Source: an uncultured virus (IMG/VR IMGVR_UViG_3300045953_000067) (Duplodnaviria > Heunggongvirae > Uroviricota > Caudoviricetes). Taken from it: a stretch of 64,000 nt of DNA. The first letter of the stretch is position 1; each line of letters starts with the position of its first letter. The notes under the pieces are model-generated. The model was not told the DNA's origin. It saw nothing but the letters and a program-made list of their open reading frames with translations, and did no database searches. The stretch lies in the IMG/VR virus record IMGVR_UViG_3300045953_000067; one strand, given 5' to 3'. Below, piece after piece: positions 17,380 through 27,289 of this stretch. Made by a program: the position numbers and the translations under genes.

Positions 17380-17646
17380 ATGAGCCGACCGCGCGGCGCG
17401 CAGTTCGTTCGCATGTGGAAGGTGCTCGTCCTGCTCCGACAACGGTCCTGGCGTCTCTCGGAGTTGGCCGAGGAACTCGGATGCAGTACGCGGACGGTGC
17501 GTCGGGATCTGCGGGTGCTCGAGGCGGTCTCGTTCCCGGTGATCCGGGCGCGGAGTTGGCAGCCGAGCGACGTGACGATCCGGCTCGGGTCAATGCCGGA
17601 ATGGCCTCGACGGGAAGACGCGCCGATTCGAGAACTGAGGGCCTGA
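17380..17646 (+). CDS. Stand-alone HTH_11 (WYL-regulator-type wHTH) (A)
   Basis: LSELAEELGCSTRTVRRDLRVL. Confidence 0.8.
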   Translation: MSRPRGAQFVRMWKVLVLLRQRSWRLSELAEELGCSTRTVRRDLRVLEAVSFPVIRARSWQPSDVTIRLGSMPEWPRREDAPIRELRA

Positions 17647-17810
17647 TGCGGAACGGGATGAAACAGATCGTCGGGATGCTCTGCGTCGCGGGTCGCTGGC
17701 GAGCGGTGCTCTCGTGCGGGCACGAAGAGGACGCGCGGCACGACACGAAGCTCGGGGGGTTCCGGTTCTGTGCGATCTGTCGGCTGGTGACGTGGAAGAG
17801 GACGGCCTGA
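17646..17810 (+). CDS. Small Zn-binding protein (LSCGH..CxxC) (A)
   Basis: Ortholog at 61948-62112. Confidence 0.65.
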   Translation: MRNGMKQIVGMLCVAGRWRAVLSCGHEEDARHDTKLGGFRFCAICRLVTWKRTA

Positions 17811-17853
17811 AAAGGAAAAGGCCCGGGCTGCAAAACCGGGCCAGAAAGGAAAA
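17811..17853. terminator. GC hairpin flanked by A-tracts (terminator-like, minus-strand polarity)
   Basis: ggcccgg..ccgggcc stem; analogous hairpin near 62121 in B. Confidence 0.45.
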
Positions 17854-17855
17854 CC

Positions 17856-18344
17856 GTGTCCTTACACAAGATACCCGTTACCCATTCGATGAGTCAACCT
17901 CCGACCGCCCGGTGCGCCTGTGGCGTCTCCCGGGCGAATCACTTCGCGCTTGGCGGCGTGCGCCTGTCCTGTGAAGACGCGCAGTCGGTCGTCCTCGAGA
18001 AAGCCACGCGCGACTTGGAACAGGTCGAGGGGATCGCGAACGTGCTCGCGTCGATCGTCTCGACCCGGCACGAGTTGCCATTCTCCGACATCCGGGCGCT
18101 CGCGACGCAGGGGGTCGCAGGGCTCGAGGAAGCCTCCGTCTATCGCGGCGTCGCACGGCGGGCGATCGCGTCCTGCCTGCCCTCACGGTGCGCGGAGGCG
18201 CGGCTCGAGGCGCGGCGTGCGGCGGTCGGGAAGGCGCTCGAAGCCTTCGGCGTCCGGATGATGACGACGAACGAGCGGATCTTCTTCGAGACCCTCGCCG
18301 ACGCCGCGGTCATGGCCTACGGCCGATCCTTGGAGGCGCTCTGA
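17856..18344 (+). CDS. Conserved hypothetical protein (A)
   Basis: Ortholog at 62167-62649. Confidence 0.75.
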   Translation: MSLHKIPVTHSMSQPPTARCACGVSRANHFALGGVRLSCEDAQSVVLEKATRDLEQVEGIANVLASIVSTRHELPFSDIRALATQGVAGLEEASVYRGVARRAIASCLPSRCAEARLEARRAAVGKALEAFGVRMMTTNERIFFETLADAAVMAYGRSLEAL

Positions 18345-18345
18345 C

Positions 18346-19335
18346 ATGTCCGCGATCGAGCTCGTCCAGAAGTCGGATCTCCCGGAACCCGTCATCAAGC
18401 GCGGCATCACCGAACCGCAGTGGCGGACGCTCTTCAACCTATATCCGGGCGCGCGTCCGGACTCGGCGCTGATGGTCTGGGACTACTGCAAATCGCGGCA
18501 GCTCGACCCCATGAAGAAGCCGTGCCATATCGTGCCGATGCGCGTGAAGGTCAACGGCGAATGGGCCTGGCGCGACGTCGTGATGCCGGGGATCTACGAA
18601 TATCGGACGACGGCGCAGCGGACCGGGCTCTATCTCGGACACACCGAGCCGGTGTTCGGGGAGCCCCTCGAGCTTCTCGGCGTCAAGGCCCCGGCCTGGT
18701 GCGCGATGACCTTTTACCGGTGGAACGAGAAGGCGCAGGAAAAAGTCCCGTTCCCGGTCAAGGTCTGGTTCGCCGAGTGCGTCGGGACGAAGGTCAAGAA
18801 CGACGTCGAGACGGTCAACGAGCGATGGACGAAGGCGCCGATCCAGATGCTCACGAAGTGCACGGAGGCCGCCGGCCTGCGTGAAGCGTTCCCGGAAGAA
18901 TTCGGCGGCGAGCCGACGGCCGAAGAGATGGACGGCCAGCGCGCCTACGACGACGCGCCGGTCGTGTCGGTCGTCTCGAGCCCGAAGCCGTCCGTCCGGA
19001 AATCCGAGCAGTCGTCCCAGCCTGTCCCGGTCGTCAACCCTCAGCCCCCTGCAACGTCGGCGGCTCCGGAGCCTCAACCCGAGCCGCCGGCTACGGCGCC
19101 GGCGAATGCGCCGGCCTGGGTGGGGATGATCGTGACGGTCGACGAGCGTCCGGGCGGGACGCTGATCACGCTCAGTAGCGGGTTCAAGTGCGCGACGCGG
19201 AACGCGGACTTGATTGCCGCGGCGAAGGGGCTCAGGGACACGCAGGCCGTCGTCGAACTCTCGACGCGGGCCGCGAAGCAGGCCGGCAACGCGCCGATCC
19301 TGGAATCGATCGAGCCCGTCGGCGAGGACGCATGA
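18346..19335 (+). CDS. bet: RecT/Bet-family single-strand annealing protein
   Basis: LDPMKK..GIYEYRTTAQRTG..WTKAPIQMLTKCTEAAGLREAFP. Confidence 0.88.
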   Translation: MSAIELVQKSDLPEPVIKRGITEPQWRTLFNLYPGARPDSALMVWDYCKSRQLDPMKKPCHIVPMRVKVNGEWAWRDVVMPGIYEYRTTAQRTGLYLGHTEPVFGEPLELLGVKAPAWCAMTFYRWNEKAQEKVPFPVKVWFAECVGTKVKNDVETVNERWTKAPIQMLTKCTEAAGLREAFPEEFGGEPTAEEMDGQRAYDDAPVVSVVSSPKPSVRKSEQSSQPVPVVNPQPPATSAAPEPQPEPPATAPANAPAWVGMIVTVDERPGGTLITLSSGFKCATRNADLIAAAKGLRDTQAVVELSTRAAKQAGNAPILESIEPVGEDA

Positions 19336-19994
19336 GGGCCGCCGTGCTCACGGGCGCCGACCTCGCCTTCGAAGCGGAGACGCACACGTATCGCCGGCCG
19401 GACGGCGTCATCGTGCCGAGCGTCACGCAGATCCTTCGCGCGGTCGGGATCTCGGCGGACTTCGAGCACCTGAAGAGCCTCTCGGGCCGGCTCGGCGATC
19501 GCATCGACTACCGGCGCGATCTCGGGACCGCGGTGCACGCGGACTGCCATGCCTTCGACGACGACGACATCGTCTGGGGCAACGTGCATCCGGACGTCGC
19601 GCCGTTCGTCGAGGCCTGGGCGGCGTTCCTCGAGAACACCGGCCTCGTGCCGTCGACCAGGGAACGGCGTCTCTTTCACGCCGGCCTCGGCGTGTGCGGC
19701 ACGCTCGACGGGATCTTCTCGCGGTTCCCGGCGCCGGAACATCGCATCTTGATCGACATCAAGATCGGCGACCCGCGCGACGCCGGCGCCGACGTCCAGA
19801 CGGCGGCCTATCAACTCCTATGGGACGAAGAACATCCGGGCGAGCCGATCGCGGAACGCTGGAGCGTGCAGCTCACGCCCGAACTCGGCGTGCCGTATCG
19901 GATCCACCCCTACACCGACTGGACGGACGCCGCGGCTTTCCGTGCGTGCGTCTGCGTGTACCAGCGCCAGGCGGCGCGGAGGACTGCCCGATGA
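19332..19994 (+). CDS. PD-(D/E)XK exonuclease
   Basis: PSVTQIL..GTAVH..CGTLD..IDIK..QTAAY. Confidence 0.85.
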   Translation: MRAAVLTGADLAFEAETHTYRRPDGVIVPSVTQILRAVGISADFEHLKSLSGRLGDRIDYRRDLGTAVHADCHAFDDDDIVWGNVHPDVAPFVEAWAAFLENTGLVPSTRERRLFHAGLGVCGTLDGIFSRFPAPEHRILIDIKIGDPRDAGADVQTAAYQLLWDEEHPGEPIAERWSVQLTPELGVPYRIHPYTDWTDAAAFRACVCVYQRQAARRTAR

Positions 19995-20935
19995 TGCCCG
20001 AGACGCTCGAACTCGACGACGAGCCCGCGATCCCGCTCGACGAGGAGCCGGAGATCCCGCTGACGGACGAACCGGCGACGGAGACGAGGCAACCTCCCGC
20101 GCCGCCGGCCGAGCCGCCCGCAGTCTCGCTGATGGAGATCCTCCCGCCGGACTTCCCGCTCCCTGGCCTGATCCGGTTCGTGCCGAATGTGGCACTTCGG
20201 GCGGCGCTCGACGAGGCGGCTCGCTACGCGCTCGCGGTCGACATCAAGGGGGGAGACGGCCTGAAACGCGCCGACGTGGCTCTGACGGCTGTCAGGGCAA
20301 GCCAGAAGGCCGTCGAGGAGCACTTCGCGGACCCGCGGGAGATCGCGAACCGGCTGCACAAGGGGATCACCTCGACGCTTGCCGAGTGGCTCGAGCCCGG
20401 ACGTCAGGCGCTCGCGACGGTCGGCGAGCGGATAAAGGGCGAGCATCGTCGGCTCCAGGCGATCGAGGCCGAGGCTCGACGGAAGGCGCAGGAAGAAGAG
20501 AACCGGAAGGCGCGGGAAGAGTTCGCCGCGCGCGCGCGGGAAGCCGAACAAAGCAAAGCCCCGGCCGCCGTCGTGCAGCAGCTCCAGCGCGAAGCCGAGA
20601 CGGCCGTCGCGCCGCCGGTGCAGGCGCCGCCGACCGCGGCCGCGCCGGTGCTCAAGGGCTCGACGGTCGTCGAGAACTGGACGGCCACGATCGCCGGCAC
20701 GCCGCGCGACGCCGACCAGGCGCCAGACATCGAGGCCCTGAGCGACGCGCAGAAGGTCGAAGTCCTGAAGCTGTTGAAGGCCATCCTCGACACCCGCGCG
20801 CCGCTGGCGTGCATCGCGCTCAACTGGAGTTACCTCCGGAAGCGGGCGAAGGCGGACAAGTCGACGCTGGCGATCCCTGGCGTCGAGTCGTACGACGCCG
20901 GGGGCGTGCGGGCGAAGGCGACGCGGACGAAGTAG
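19991..20935 (+). CDS. Coiled-coil recombination-module protein
   Basis: Long coiled coil, C-terminal IPGVE motif. Confidence 0.7.
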   Translation: MMPETLELDDEPAIPLDEEPEIPLTDEPATETRQPPAPPAEPPAVSLMEILPPDFPLPGLIRFVPNVALRAALDEAARYALAVDIKGGDGLKRADVALTAVRASQKAVEEHFADPREIANRLHKGITSTLAEWLEPGRQALATVGERIKGEHRRLQAIEAEARRKAQEEENRKAREEFAARAREAEQSKAPAAVVQQLQREAETAVAPPVQAPPTAAAPVLKGSTVVENWTATIAGTPRDADQAPDIEALSDAQKVEVLKLLKAILDTRAPLACIALNWSYLRKRAKADKSTLAIPGVESYDAGGVRAKATRTK

Positions 20936-21358
20936 ATGATCCGCGCCTCTGTCTCGACGGCGATCCGGGTGAAGAGCGGCCGCATCGAGTACGCCGATCT
21001 GCCGGCCTTTATCCGCTCGCTCCGTCGGCTGCCGGACTTCGACGGATCGCTGACCGTCGAGCAGACACCCCGGCAGCGGACGCACCCGCAGAACGCCTAC
21101 CTGCACGCCGTCTGCTTCCCGCTCGTGGCGGAATTCTGCGGGCAGAGCGTCGAGGAGACGAAGCGGGATCTCATGGGGGAGTGCTGGGGCTGGATGACCT
21201 CGCCGATCAGCGGCCGCGAAGTCCCCGTGCGGCCGCACACGTCGGAGATGTCGGTTGAGGAGTGCATCTACTTCATCGACTGGCTGATCCCGTGGGCCAA
21301 GACGAAGCTCGAGATCGACATCCCGTTGCCGAACGAGGACATCCGGAGGGCTTCATGA
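20936..21358 (+). CDS. NinB-like protein
   Basis: RTHPQNAYLH..TSEMSVEECIYFID. Confidence 0.7.
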   Translation: MIRASVSTAIRVKSGRIEYADLPAFIRSLRRLPDFDGSLTVEQTPRQRTHPQNAYLHAVCFPLVAEFCGQSVEETKRDLMGECWGWMTSPISGREVPVRPHTSEMSVEECIYFIDWLIPWAKTKLEIDIPLPNEDIRRAS

Positions 21359-21819
21359 AAGACGACTTCGAACGCCGATCGAAGCACTGGCAGGACGGCG
21401 ACATTGTGACGACCGTCCTCCGATCCTCCGGTGAGAAGGTCACGGCGGTCGTGAAACGGACCTATCCGCGGAAGTCGGACGGCAAGACGTTCGTCCGGGT
21501 GCAGTACCTGAGCGGCCCGAAACACGGGACGACGGACTGGGCCGGCCCGATCTGGACCTTCGGCAAGGGCGCGCACAAGCTTACGTGTCTCGATCCGGGC
21601 TGCAACCAGGTGTTCTACACGGACGACCACACGAAGGACTTCTGCCCCTGCTGCGAGCGCACGATGGAGCCGCGCACGGGATCGCGGACGAAGGTCGAGC
21701 AGCGGAGGGACACGACGCGCCAGGTCGTCACGCCGGTCGCTCGGGTGTCGCGTCCGCCGATCGATGAAGAGGCCGCCGCTCAGCAGCGGGCGATCGACGA
21801 CGCGGAGTCGAGGTTCTGA
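21355..21819 (+). CDS. Hypothetical protein with Cys cluster
   Basis: GGAGG RBS, coupled ORF. Confidence 0.6.
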   Translation: MKDDFERRSKHWQDGDIVTTVLRSSGEKVTAVVKRTYPRKSDGKTFVRVQYLSGPKHGTTDWAGPIWTFGKGAHKLTCLDPGCNQVFYTDDHTKDFCPCCERTMEPRTGSRTKVEQRRDTTRQVVTPVARVSRPPIDEEAAAQQRAIDDAESRF

Positions 21820-23750
21820 TGTCAACGCGCGCGCCGCTCATTCGGCTCTACCAGGACGAAGCCGTGGCGGACCTGTTCGCCGGCGGCGGCGGAGCCTCGA
21901 CCGGGATCGAGATGGTGCTCGGCCGTTCACCGGACATCGCGATCAACCACGACGCCGACGCGCTCGCGATGCACGAGCAGAACCACCCGGGAACCGAGCA
22001 CCTGAAGGGCGACGTCTTCAACTACGACCCTGACACCGTCGCGACGACGCACGCCGGCGGCCGGCGGTTTGCGTTCGCGTGGTTCTCGCCGGACTGCACG
22101 TACCACTCGAAAGCCAAGGGCGGGAAGCCGTTCCGCGACAAACGGAAGTCGGTCCGGATCCGCGGGCTCGCGTGGGTGATGGTGCATTGGGCCGAGTCGA
22201 CGATCGCCAAGCCCCGGTGCATCTTCATGGAGAACGTCGAGGAGCTTGAGGACTGGGGGCCGCTGATCGAAGTCGGCCGCGGCGAGTGGAAGCCCGATCC
22301 GACAAAGCGCGGCACCTACTGGAAGCGCCTTGTTCGGCGGTTGAAGAACGCCGGCTACGACCGGATCGAGTGGCGCAAGCTCCGGGCGTCGCACTATGGG
22401 GCGCCCACGTCGCGGCAGCGGATGGTGATGATCGCCAGGTGCGATGGCCTGCCGATCGTCTGGCCGGAGCCGACGCATGGACCGAAACGAACCCGGCCGT
22501 TCCGGACGGCGGCCGAGTGCATCGACTTCAACCTGCCCGTCCCGTCGATCTTCCTGACGCCTGAAGAAGCGAAGGAGTGGGGGCGGTTCTACGGGGTGCC
22601 GGCACCGAAGCGCCCGCTCGCGGACAACACGCTGCGGCGCGTCGCGCGCGGCGTCGTCCGCTACGTCATCGAGGCGGTCGACCCATTCATCATCCCGATC
22701 GGCGAGAACGGCATCATCGCGCCTTACGTCGTGCCGCCGCGTGGCTACCGGCAGGACGAAAACATGGTCGACGCGATCGGGGCTCCGCTACGGACGATCA
22801 AGGCCACCGACGCGCACGTCTTCGGGCTGGCGACGCCGTTCCTCGTCAAGCACTACGGTGGGGACCGGGGCCAGAACGCCGGCAGGTTCTCTCAGCTCGA
22901 CGACCCAATGGGCACGGTGACGACGTCGGACCATCACGCGCTCGTGGTGCCGACGCTCATCAACACCCGGAACGGCGAACGCCACGGGCGGCACGGGGAG
23001 CAGGCGCCGCGCGTGCTCGACATTCAGGCGCCATATCCGACCATCACGGCGCTCGGGAGTCAGGGCGCGCTGGTCGCGGCGTTCCTCGCGAAGCACAACG
23101 CCGGGCACGAGGCCACCGGACAGCATCCGGAGCGGCCGCTCGACACCGTCACGACCCGCGACACCAAGGCGCTTGTCACGGCGCATCTGACACGGTTCAA
23201 CACCGAGCGCACCGAGGGGAGCGTTCGCGGGCAAGGGATGCGCGAACCGCTGACGACGCTCGACACCTCGAACCGCTTCGGGCTCGTGACGTCGAACCTC
23301 GTGAAGCTCCGCGGCGGGCTGCTCGACCACGTCCACACATCGCAGGACGTGCGGGAGCCGGTCCCGACTCTGACGGCCGGCGGCACGCACCTGGCGGAGG
23401 TCAGGGCCTTCCTCGTGAAGTTCTTCGGGACCGGCGTCGCGCGCTCGCTCTGGAACCCGCTCGACACCGTGACGACGAAGGATCGCGTTGGGCTCGTCAT
23501 CGTGACGATCGCCGGTGAAGAGTACGTGCTCGTCGACATCGGGATGCGGATGCTGACGCCCCGCGAGCTGTTTCTGGCGCAGGGCTTCCCGCGCTCCTAC
23601 GTCATCGACCGAGGCAAGCGCGACGGCGTCACCCGGAAGTTCACGAAGGGCGTTCAGACGCGGCTCGTCGGGAACTCCGTGCCGCCGCATCTGGCCGCCG
23701 CGGTCATCAGCGCGAACCTCGGCTCAAACGTCATGGAGGCGATCGCCTGA
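21819..23750 (+). CDS. DNA (cytosine-5) methyltransferase
   Basis: DLFAGGGG, SPDC, ENV, RQR, GNSV motifs. Confidence 0.92.
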   Translation: MSTRAPLIRLYQDEAVADLFAGGGGASTGIEMVLGRSPDIAINHDADALAMHEQNHPGTEHLKGDVFNYDPDTVATTHAGGRRFAFAWFSPDCTYHSKAKGGKPFRDKRKSVRIRGLAWVMVHWAESTIAKPRCIFMENVEELEDWGPLIEVGRGEWKPDPTKRGTYWKRLVRRLKNAGYDRIEWRKLRASHYGAPTSRQRMVMIARCDGLPIVWPEPTHGPKRTRPFRTAAECIDFNLPVPSIFLTPEEAKEWGRFYGVPAPKRPLADNTLRRVARGVVRYVIEAVDPFIIPIGENGIIAPYVVPPRGYRQDENMVDAIGAPLRTIKATDAHVFGLATPFLVKHYGGDRGQNAGRFSQLDDPMGTVTTSDHHALVVPTLINTRNGERHGRHGEQAPRVLDIQAPYPTITALGSQGALVAAFLAKHNAGHEATGQHPERPLDTVTTRDTKALVTAHLTRFNTERTEGSVRGQGMREPLTTLDTSNRFGLVTSNLVKLRGGLLDHVHTSQDVREPVPTLTAGGTHLAEVRAFLVKFFGTGVARSLWNPLDTVTTKDRVGLVIVTIAGEEYVLVDIGMRMLTPRELFLAQGFPRSYVIDRGKRDGVTRKFTKGVQTRLVGNSVPPHLAAAVISANLGSNVMEAIA

Positions 23751-24271
23751 TGGACGAGCAGCTCCACAGTTCACTCCGCGCACAGAGCGGGGAACCGATC
23801 TGGAAGGGCGAGCCTCGGATCGTCTCGAAGAAGAAGGCGAAGCGCGACGAAGACGCGCATCAGCGGAAAGTCTACGCGGCCGTCGACAAGCGGGACGGCC
23901 TCCGCTGTCGGCTGACGGGACGGCGGGCGAACCCGCACTCGATCGAGGCGCTCGGTCGTCTGCACCATCACCACATTCTCCAGCGCGGCCGGGACTGCGG
24001 AGTTACCGAGACCTGGAACATCGTCAGCGTCGACCCGATCGTCCACGCCTTGATCGGGCTGAACAAGATCACGGTCGAGGGGAACGCGGACGTGGATCTG
24101 CTCTGGGTGGTCCGATCGGATGCGGTCGTCGAGGCGTTCGGGCATTCGAGAGTTCCGCAGTACGTCCGGGTCGTGGCCGTCGAGAATTGGGCGGCCTGGC
24201 TCCAGGAGCACGCCTGTCGGGTGCAACGGTTCACGCCGCCGACGCTGACGTTCGGGGATACGGGGGAGTAG
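23750..24271 (+). CDS. HNH-like nuclease
   Basis: KRDGLRC..HHHI..N..H. Confidence 0.6.
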   Translation: MDEQLHSSLRAQSGEPIWKGEPRIVSKKKAKRDEDAHQRKVYAAVDKRDGLRCRLTGRRANPHSIEALGRLHHHHILQRGRDCGVTETWNIVSVDPIVHALIGLNKITVEGNADVDLLWVVRSDAVVEAFGHSRVPQYVRVVAVENWAAWLQEHACRVQRFTPPTLTFGDTGE

Positions 24272-24571
24272 ATGCCCTACACCGACAGTGTCCTTCCGTT
24301 CTCTGGCGTCACGCCGCAGAGCCGACACGCGTCGCGCGCGGGCGCGGTGTCCGCCGAGCCGCGGGCACTGACGCAAACGGTTCGGTATCTCGTGGCGCTG
24401 AAGGATCGACCGGTCGGGCTCACGGACCGCGAGGCCGCGGATCTCCTCGACCTCGAGCGGAACGTGATCAACGCGCGGCGGGTGCCGCTCGTGAAGGCCG
24501 GGCTCGTCGTCGCCGACGGGTTCCGTCCGGGCTCGAGCGGCGTCCGCAATACCGTCTGGAAGGCGGTCTAG
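24272..24571 (+). CDS. Winged-HTH protein
   Basis: GLTDREAADLL..ARRVPLVKAGLV. Confidence 0.75.
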   Translation: MPYTDSVLPFSGVTPQSRHASRAGAVSAEPRALTQTVRYLVALKDRPVGLTDREAADLLDLERNVINARRVPLVKAGLVVADGFRPGSSGVRNTVWKAV

Positions 24572-24573
24572 GG

Positions 24574-25410
24574 ATGGCGCGGCCCGGTCTCACGGCGCAT
24601 CGGAAGTTCAAGCGGCTCTCACGGGCGCTCGGCTCGCCGATGCTCGCGCGGGGCGCGCTCGAGCTGCTCTGGGATGCCTGTTACGAACACGGCGACGAGT
24701 ACGTCGGAACGGCGGACGACATCGAGGCGACGGTCGGATGGACGGGCGAGCCTGGCGCACTGGCGCGGGCGCTCATCGATTGCGGGCAACCGGAAGGCCG
24801 AGGGTTCATCGAACCCGTGCCGGACGGTGTCGGCGGCTATCGCGTCCATGACCTGTGGCATCACGCGCCCGACTACGTCGCGAAGCGGCGAAAGCGCGAG
24901 CTGGAGCGGATCGCGAAAGTCGGCCCGGCGCCGAACGGCGGACAGTGTCCGCCGAGTTCGGACCGGCAGGACGGAGATCGCCGCACTCCCTCACCCTCTC
25001 CCGCTCCCTCACCCTCTCCCGGGAAGAGCGTCAGCTCGGCGCCGCCAGCGGCGCGCGAGCCGGACGACTCGCCGGTGCTCCTGGAGTTCCCCACGATCGG
25101 ACCGGACGGTCAGACCTGGTGTCTGCGCCGTCGGCAGGTCGACGAGTGGAAGGGACACTTCCCGGGGCTCGACGTGATGGGGGAAATGCGGAAGGCGCTG
25201 GTCTGGGTGACGGGCAAGTCGGGGCGCCGGAAGACGGCGCGCGGGATGACGCGGTTTCTGAGCGACTGGCTGATCCGGGCCGTCGACCGGCCGGGACGGT
25301 CCGCGTACGCCTCGGGACGGTCGCGGCCCGATGTCGTGTATCCGCAGGCCGTCGACGCGGCGCCGCTCGTCGACGAGGCCTGGGTGCGACGGAAGGATCG
25401 GGCGTCGTGA
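24574..25410 (+). CDS. Replication initiator (lambda O-like)
   Basis: HRKFKRL..LELLW N-domain, VHD, PSPSP linker, helical C-domain. Confidence 0.75.
   Translation: MARPGLTAHRKFKRLSRALGSPMLARGALELLWDACYEHGDEYVGTADDIEATVGWTGEPGALARALIDCGQPEGRGFIEPVPDGVGGYRVHDLWHHAPDYVAKRRKRELERIAKVGPAPNGGQCPPSSDRQDGDRRTPSPSPAPSPSPGKSVSSAPPAAREPDDSPVLLEFPTIGPDGQTWCLRRRQVDEWKGHFPGLDVMGEMRKALVWVTGKSGRRKTARGMTRFLSDWLIRAVDRPGRSAYASGRSRPDVVYPQAVDAAPLVDEAWVRRKDRAS
24936..25021. repeat. Inverted repeat plus direct repeats inside initiator gene (possible ori)
   Basis: cggcggaca-g-tgtccgccg at 24936-24954; ctccctcaccctctccc twice. Confidence 0.45.
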
Positions 25411-25697
25411 AGGTCTGGAAGCTCGCGACGGCGCCGCTCACGTGCGGACGGTGCGAGGGACATCAGACGATCCGTCCGGGCGACCCGTACCTCGAGGTGT
25501 CCGGGCAGGGTGACACGTCCGATCGCTGGGTGTTGCGACGGTGTCGCGATCACGCCGGGTCGCCGCCGCCGGCGGTCATCGAGGCGCCGCCGCCGCGGAA
25601 GGCTCGCACGGTCCATGGGTTCACTGGGACGCACGACCTCGCGGCGACGGCCGTGCGGGATTACAAGCTCGAGCAGGCCGGCGATACGGGGGAGTGA
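25407..25697 (+). CDS. Zn-binding hypothetical protein
   Basis: CGRC..IRPGDPY..CRDH. Confidence 0.6.
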   Translation: MKVWKLATAPLTCGRCEGHQTIRPGDPYLEVSGQGDTSDRWVLRRCRDHAGSPPPAVIEAPPPRKARTVHGFTGTHDLAATAVRDYKLEQAGDTGE

Positions 25698-26144
25698 ATG
25701 GCTGACGACCTCTACGCGCGGATGTTGACCGACCTCGAGGGGAAGCGCGAGGCGCTGACGGAGCAACTGCGGAAGGTCGAGTCGCTCATCGTCTCCGTGC
25801 GCGAGGTGCTCTGTCTGGGGCCGGAGGCGCCGCCGCGGACGGTCACGATCGCGCGCAAGGTTCCGAAGCCGCGGCGGGTCTCGATGCTCTCGACGTCGAC
25901 GGCGGTCAGCCCGCGCGAGGCGGCGATCCTGACGCGGATCGCCGGCGGCACGCGGCAGCTCGACGCGCTCCGGCGAGCGGTTCCGGTCGCCCGCGGCGCC
26001 TCGGCGGCGCAACACGACGCGGCGACGAGGAACACGCTCTCGCGGCTCCGGATCAAGGGGTGTGTTGTGCCATCGGAGCACGGCTGGACGCTCACGGACA
26101 AGGGGCGCAGTGCAGTCGGCACGCCGACGAAGGAGGCGCCCTGA
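25698..26144 (+). CDS. Coiled-coil plus wHTH-like protein
   Basis: GGAG RBS; helical N-terminus. Confidence 0.6.
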   Translation: MADDLYARMLTDLEGKREALTEQLRKVESLIVSVREVLCLGPEAPPRTVTIARKVPKPRRVSMLSTSTAVSPREAAILTRIAGGTRQLDALRRAVPVARGASAAQHDAATRNTLSRLRIKGCVVPSEHGWTLTDKGRSAVGTPTKEAP

Positions 26145-26258
26145 CGCCGCAGGCGAGGCGCTCGAGACCGTCTGGAACGGGGCGATCGGGCGACGGGTGC
26201 CGCTCACGGAAGGGCGCGGGCTGGGTTCTTCGCTCGGGTCCGTGCATCAGGTCCGGAT

Positions 26259-26486
26259 GTGACGCAGCGGCGTCTCTTCGCGGCGGACCTGGGCGAGGGG
26301 CTCGTCTGCGCGTTCGGCACGGCCTGGAGCGACCATCAGACGGCGGTCGGCTGCGCCCAGTGCGATCGGGCCGTCGCCGAGGCGATTGCGCGGTTCCAGG
26401 CCTCTGTGCGGCGAGGGGATTACATGGCGACAGGTCATAAGGTCGCGCGGCCCCGGTGGGACGGGCGGGATCCGGATCCGCTGTAG
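26259..26486 (+). CDS. Hypothetical protein
   Basis: Co-oriented ORF with Cys motif. Confidence 0.45.
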   Translation: MTQRRLFAADLGEGLVCAFGTAWSDHQTAVGCAQCDRAVAEAIARFQASVRRGDYMATGHKVARPRWDGRDPDPL

Positions 26487-26520
26487 AGGGCGCAGGACGG
26501 GAGAGAAGGAGCGATCAGGC

Positions 26521-27078
26521 ATGGAGGACACGATCCTGATGGACGAGCAGATCCGGGCGATCCGGGAGCGGGTAGCGAATGCCACGCCTGGGCCGTGGAT
26601 TTACTTTGCCGGGTCGCGATCCGTTGTCGTGCAAGCCGACTTCGCTCAGTCCGTCGCGACGGTCAGTGCGGGCGATAGGAGATTTGTCTCGAATGAGGCG
26701 CGAGCGGCGCACCAAAGTGGTAATGGTGAGTTCATCGCCCATGCCCGCACGGACGTTGCCCTGCTGCTCTCGACGCTCGACGCCGCGCAGGCGCGAGCCG
26801 ACGAAGTCAGGGCTGAGTTGATCGGCGTTGATGACGGCACGGTGAGCACGCGTGAACTGGCCCGACGCATGCGAAGCCGCGCGTATGCCGCGGAGGCCAA
26901 GGTCGCGGATCTCTCCCGGCAACTGGACGCGCTGAGAGCCGAGAAGCTGGAAGCCTCGGCGGCGGGCTTGCGTCGGCTGCTGGCAGACAGTCAGGCGAAG
27001 GTCGCGGACCTCGAAGCGCGGGCGGCTCGATACGAGAACGCGCAGTGCGTCACCTGCGGGCTGCGGGAAGCACCTTGA
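26521..27078 (+). CDS. Ead/Ea22-like protein
   Basis: ATPGPW..NGEFIAHARTDV plus coiled coil. Confidence 0.7.
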   Translation: MEDTILMDEQIRAIRERVANATPGPWIYFAGSRSVVVQADFAQSVATVSAGDRRFVSNEARAAHQSGNGEFIAHARTDVALLLSTLDAAQARADEVRAELIGVDDGTVSTRELARRMRSRAYAAEAKVADLSRQLDALRAEKLEASAAGLRRLLADSQAKVADLEARAARYENAQCVTCGLREAP

Positions 27079-27112
27079 TGCGCTGACCGCAGGCGACCGG
27101 GAGGGTAAGTAG

Positions 27113-27289
27113 ATGCCGACGTATGACGAATTACTGGATGCTCTCAAGGCTGTTCTGGCGTGTGAGACGCGCCACGACGAGCGCGGCCATGCGTATCTGG
27201 CGGTCCCGGCGCGGTCGGTATTCGATCTGGCTGCGAGCATTTCGTGCCTCGTGAAAGCGGCTGAAGCGGAGAGGACGGCCCAGCGATGA
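27113..27289 (+). CDS. Small hypothetical protein
   Basis: 58-aa ORF with RBS, coupled to next gene. Confidence 0.5.
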   Translation: MPTYDELLDALKAVLACETRHDERGHAYLAVPARSVFDLAASISCLVKAAEAERTAQR

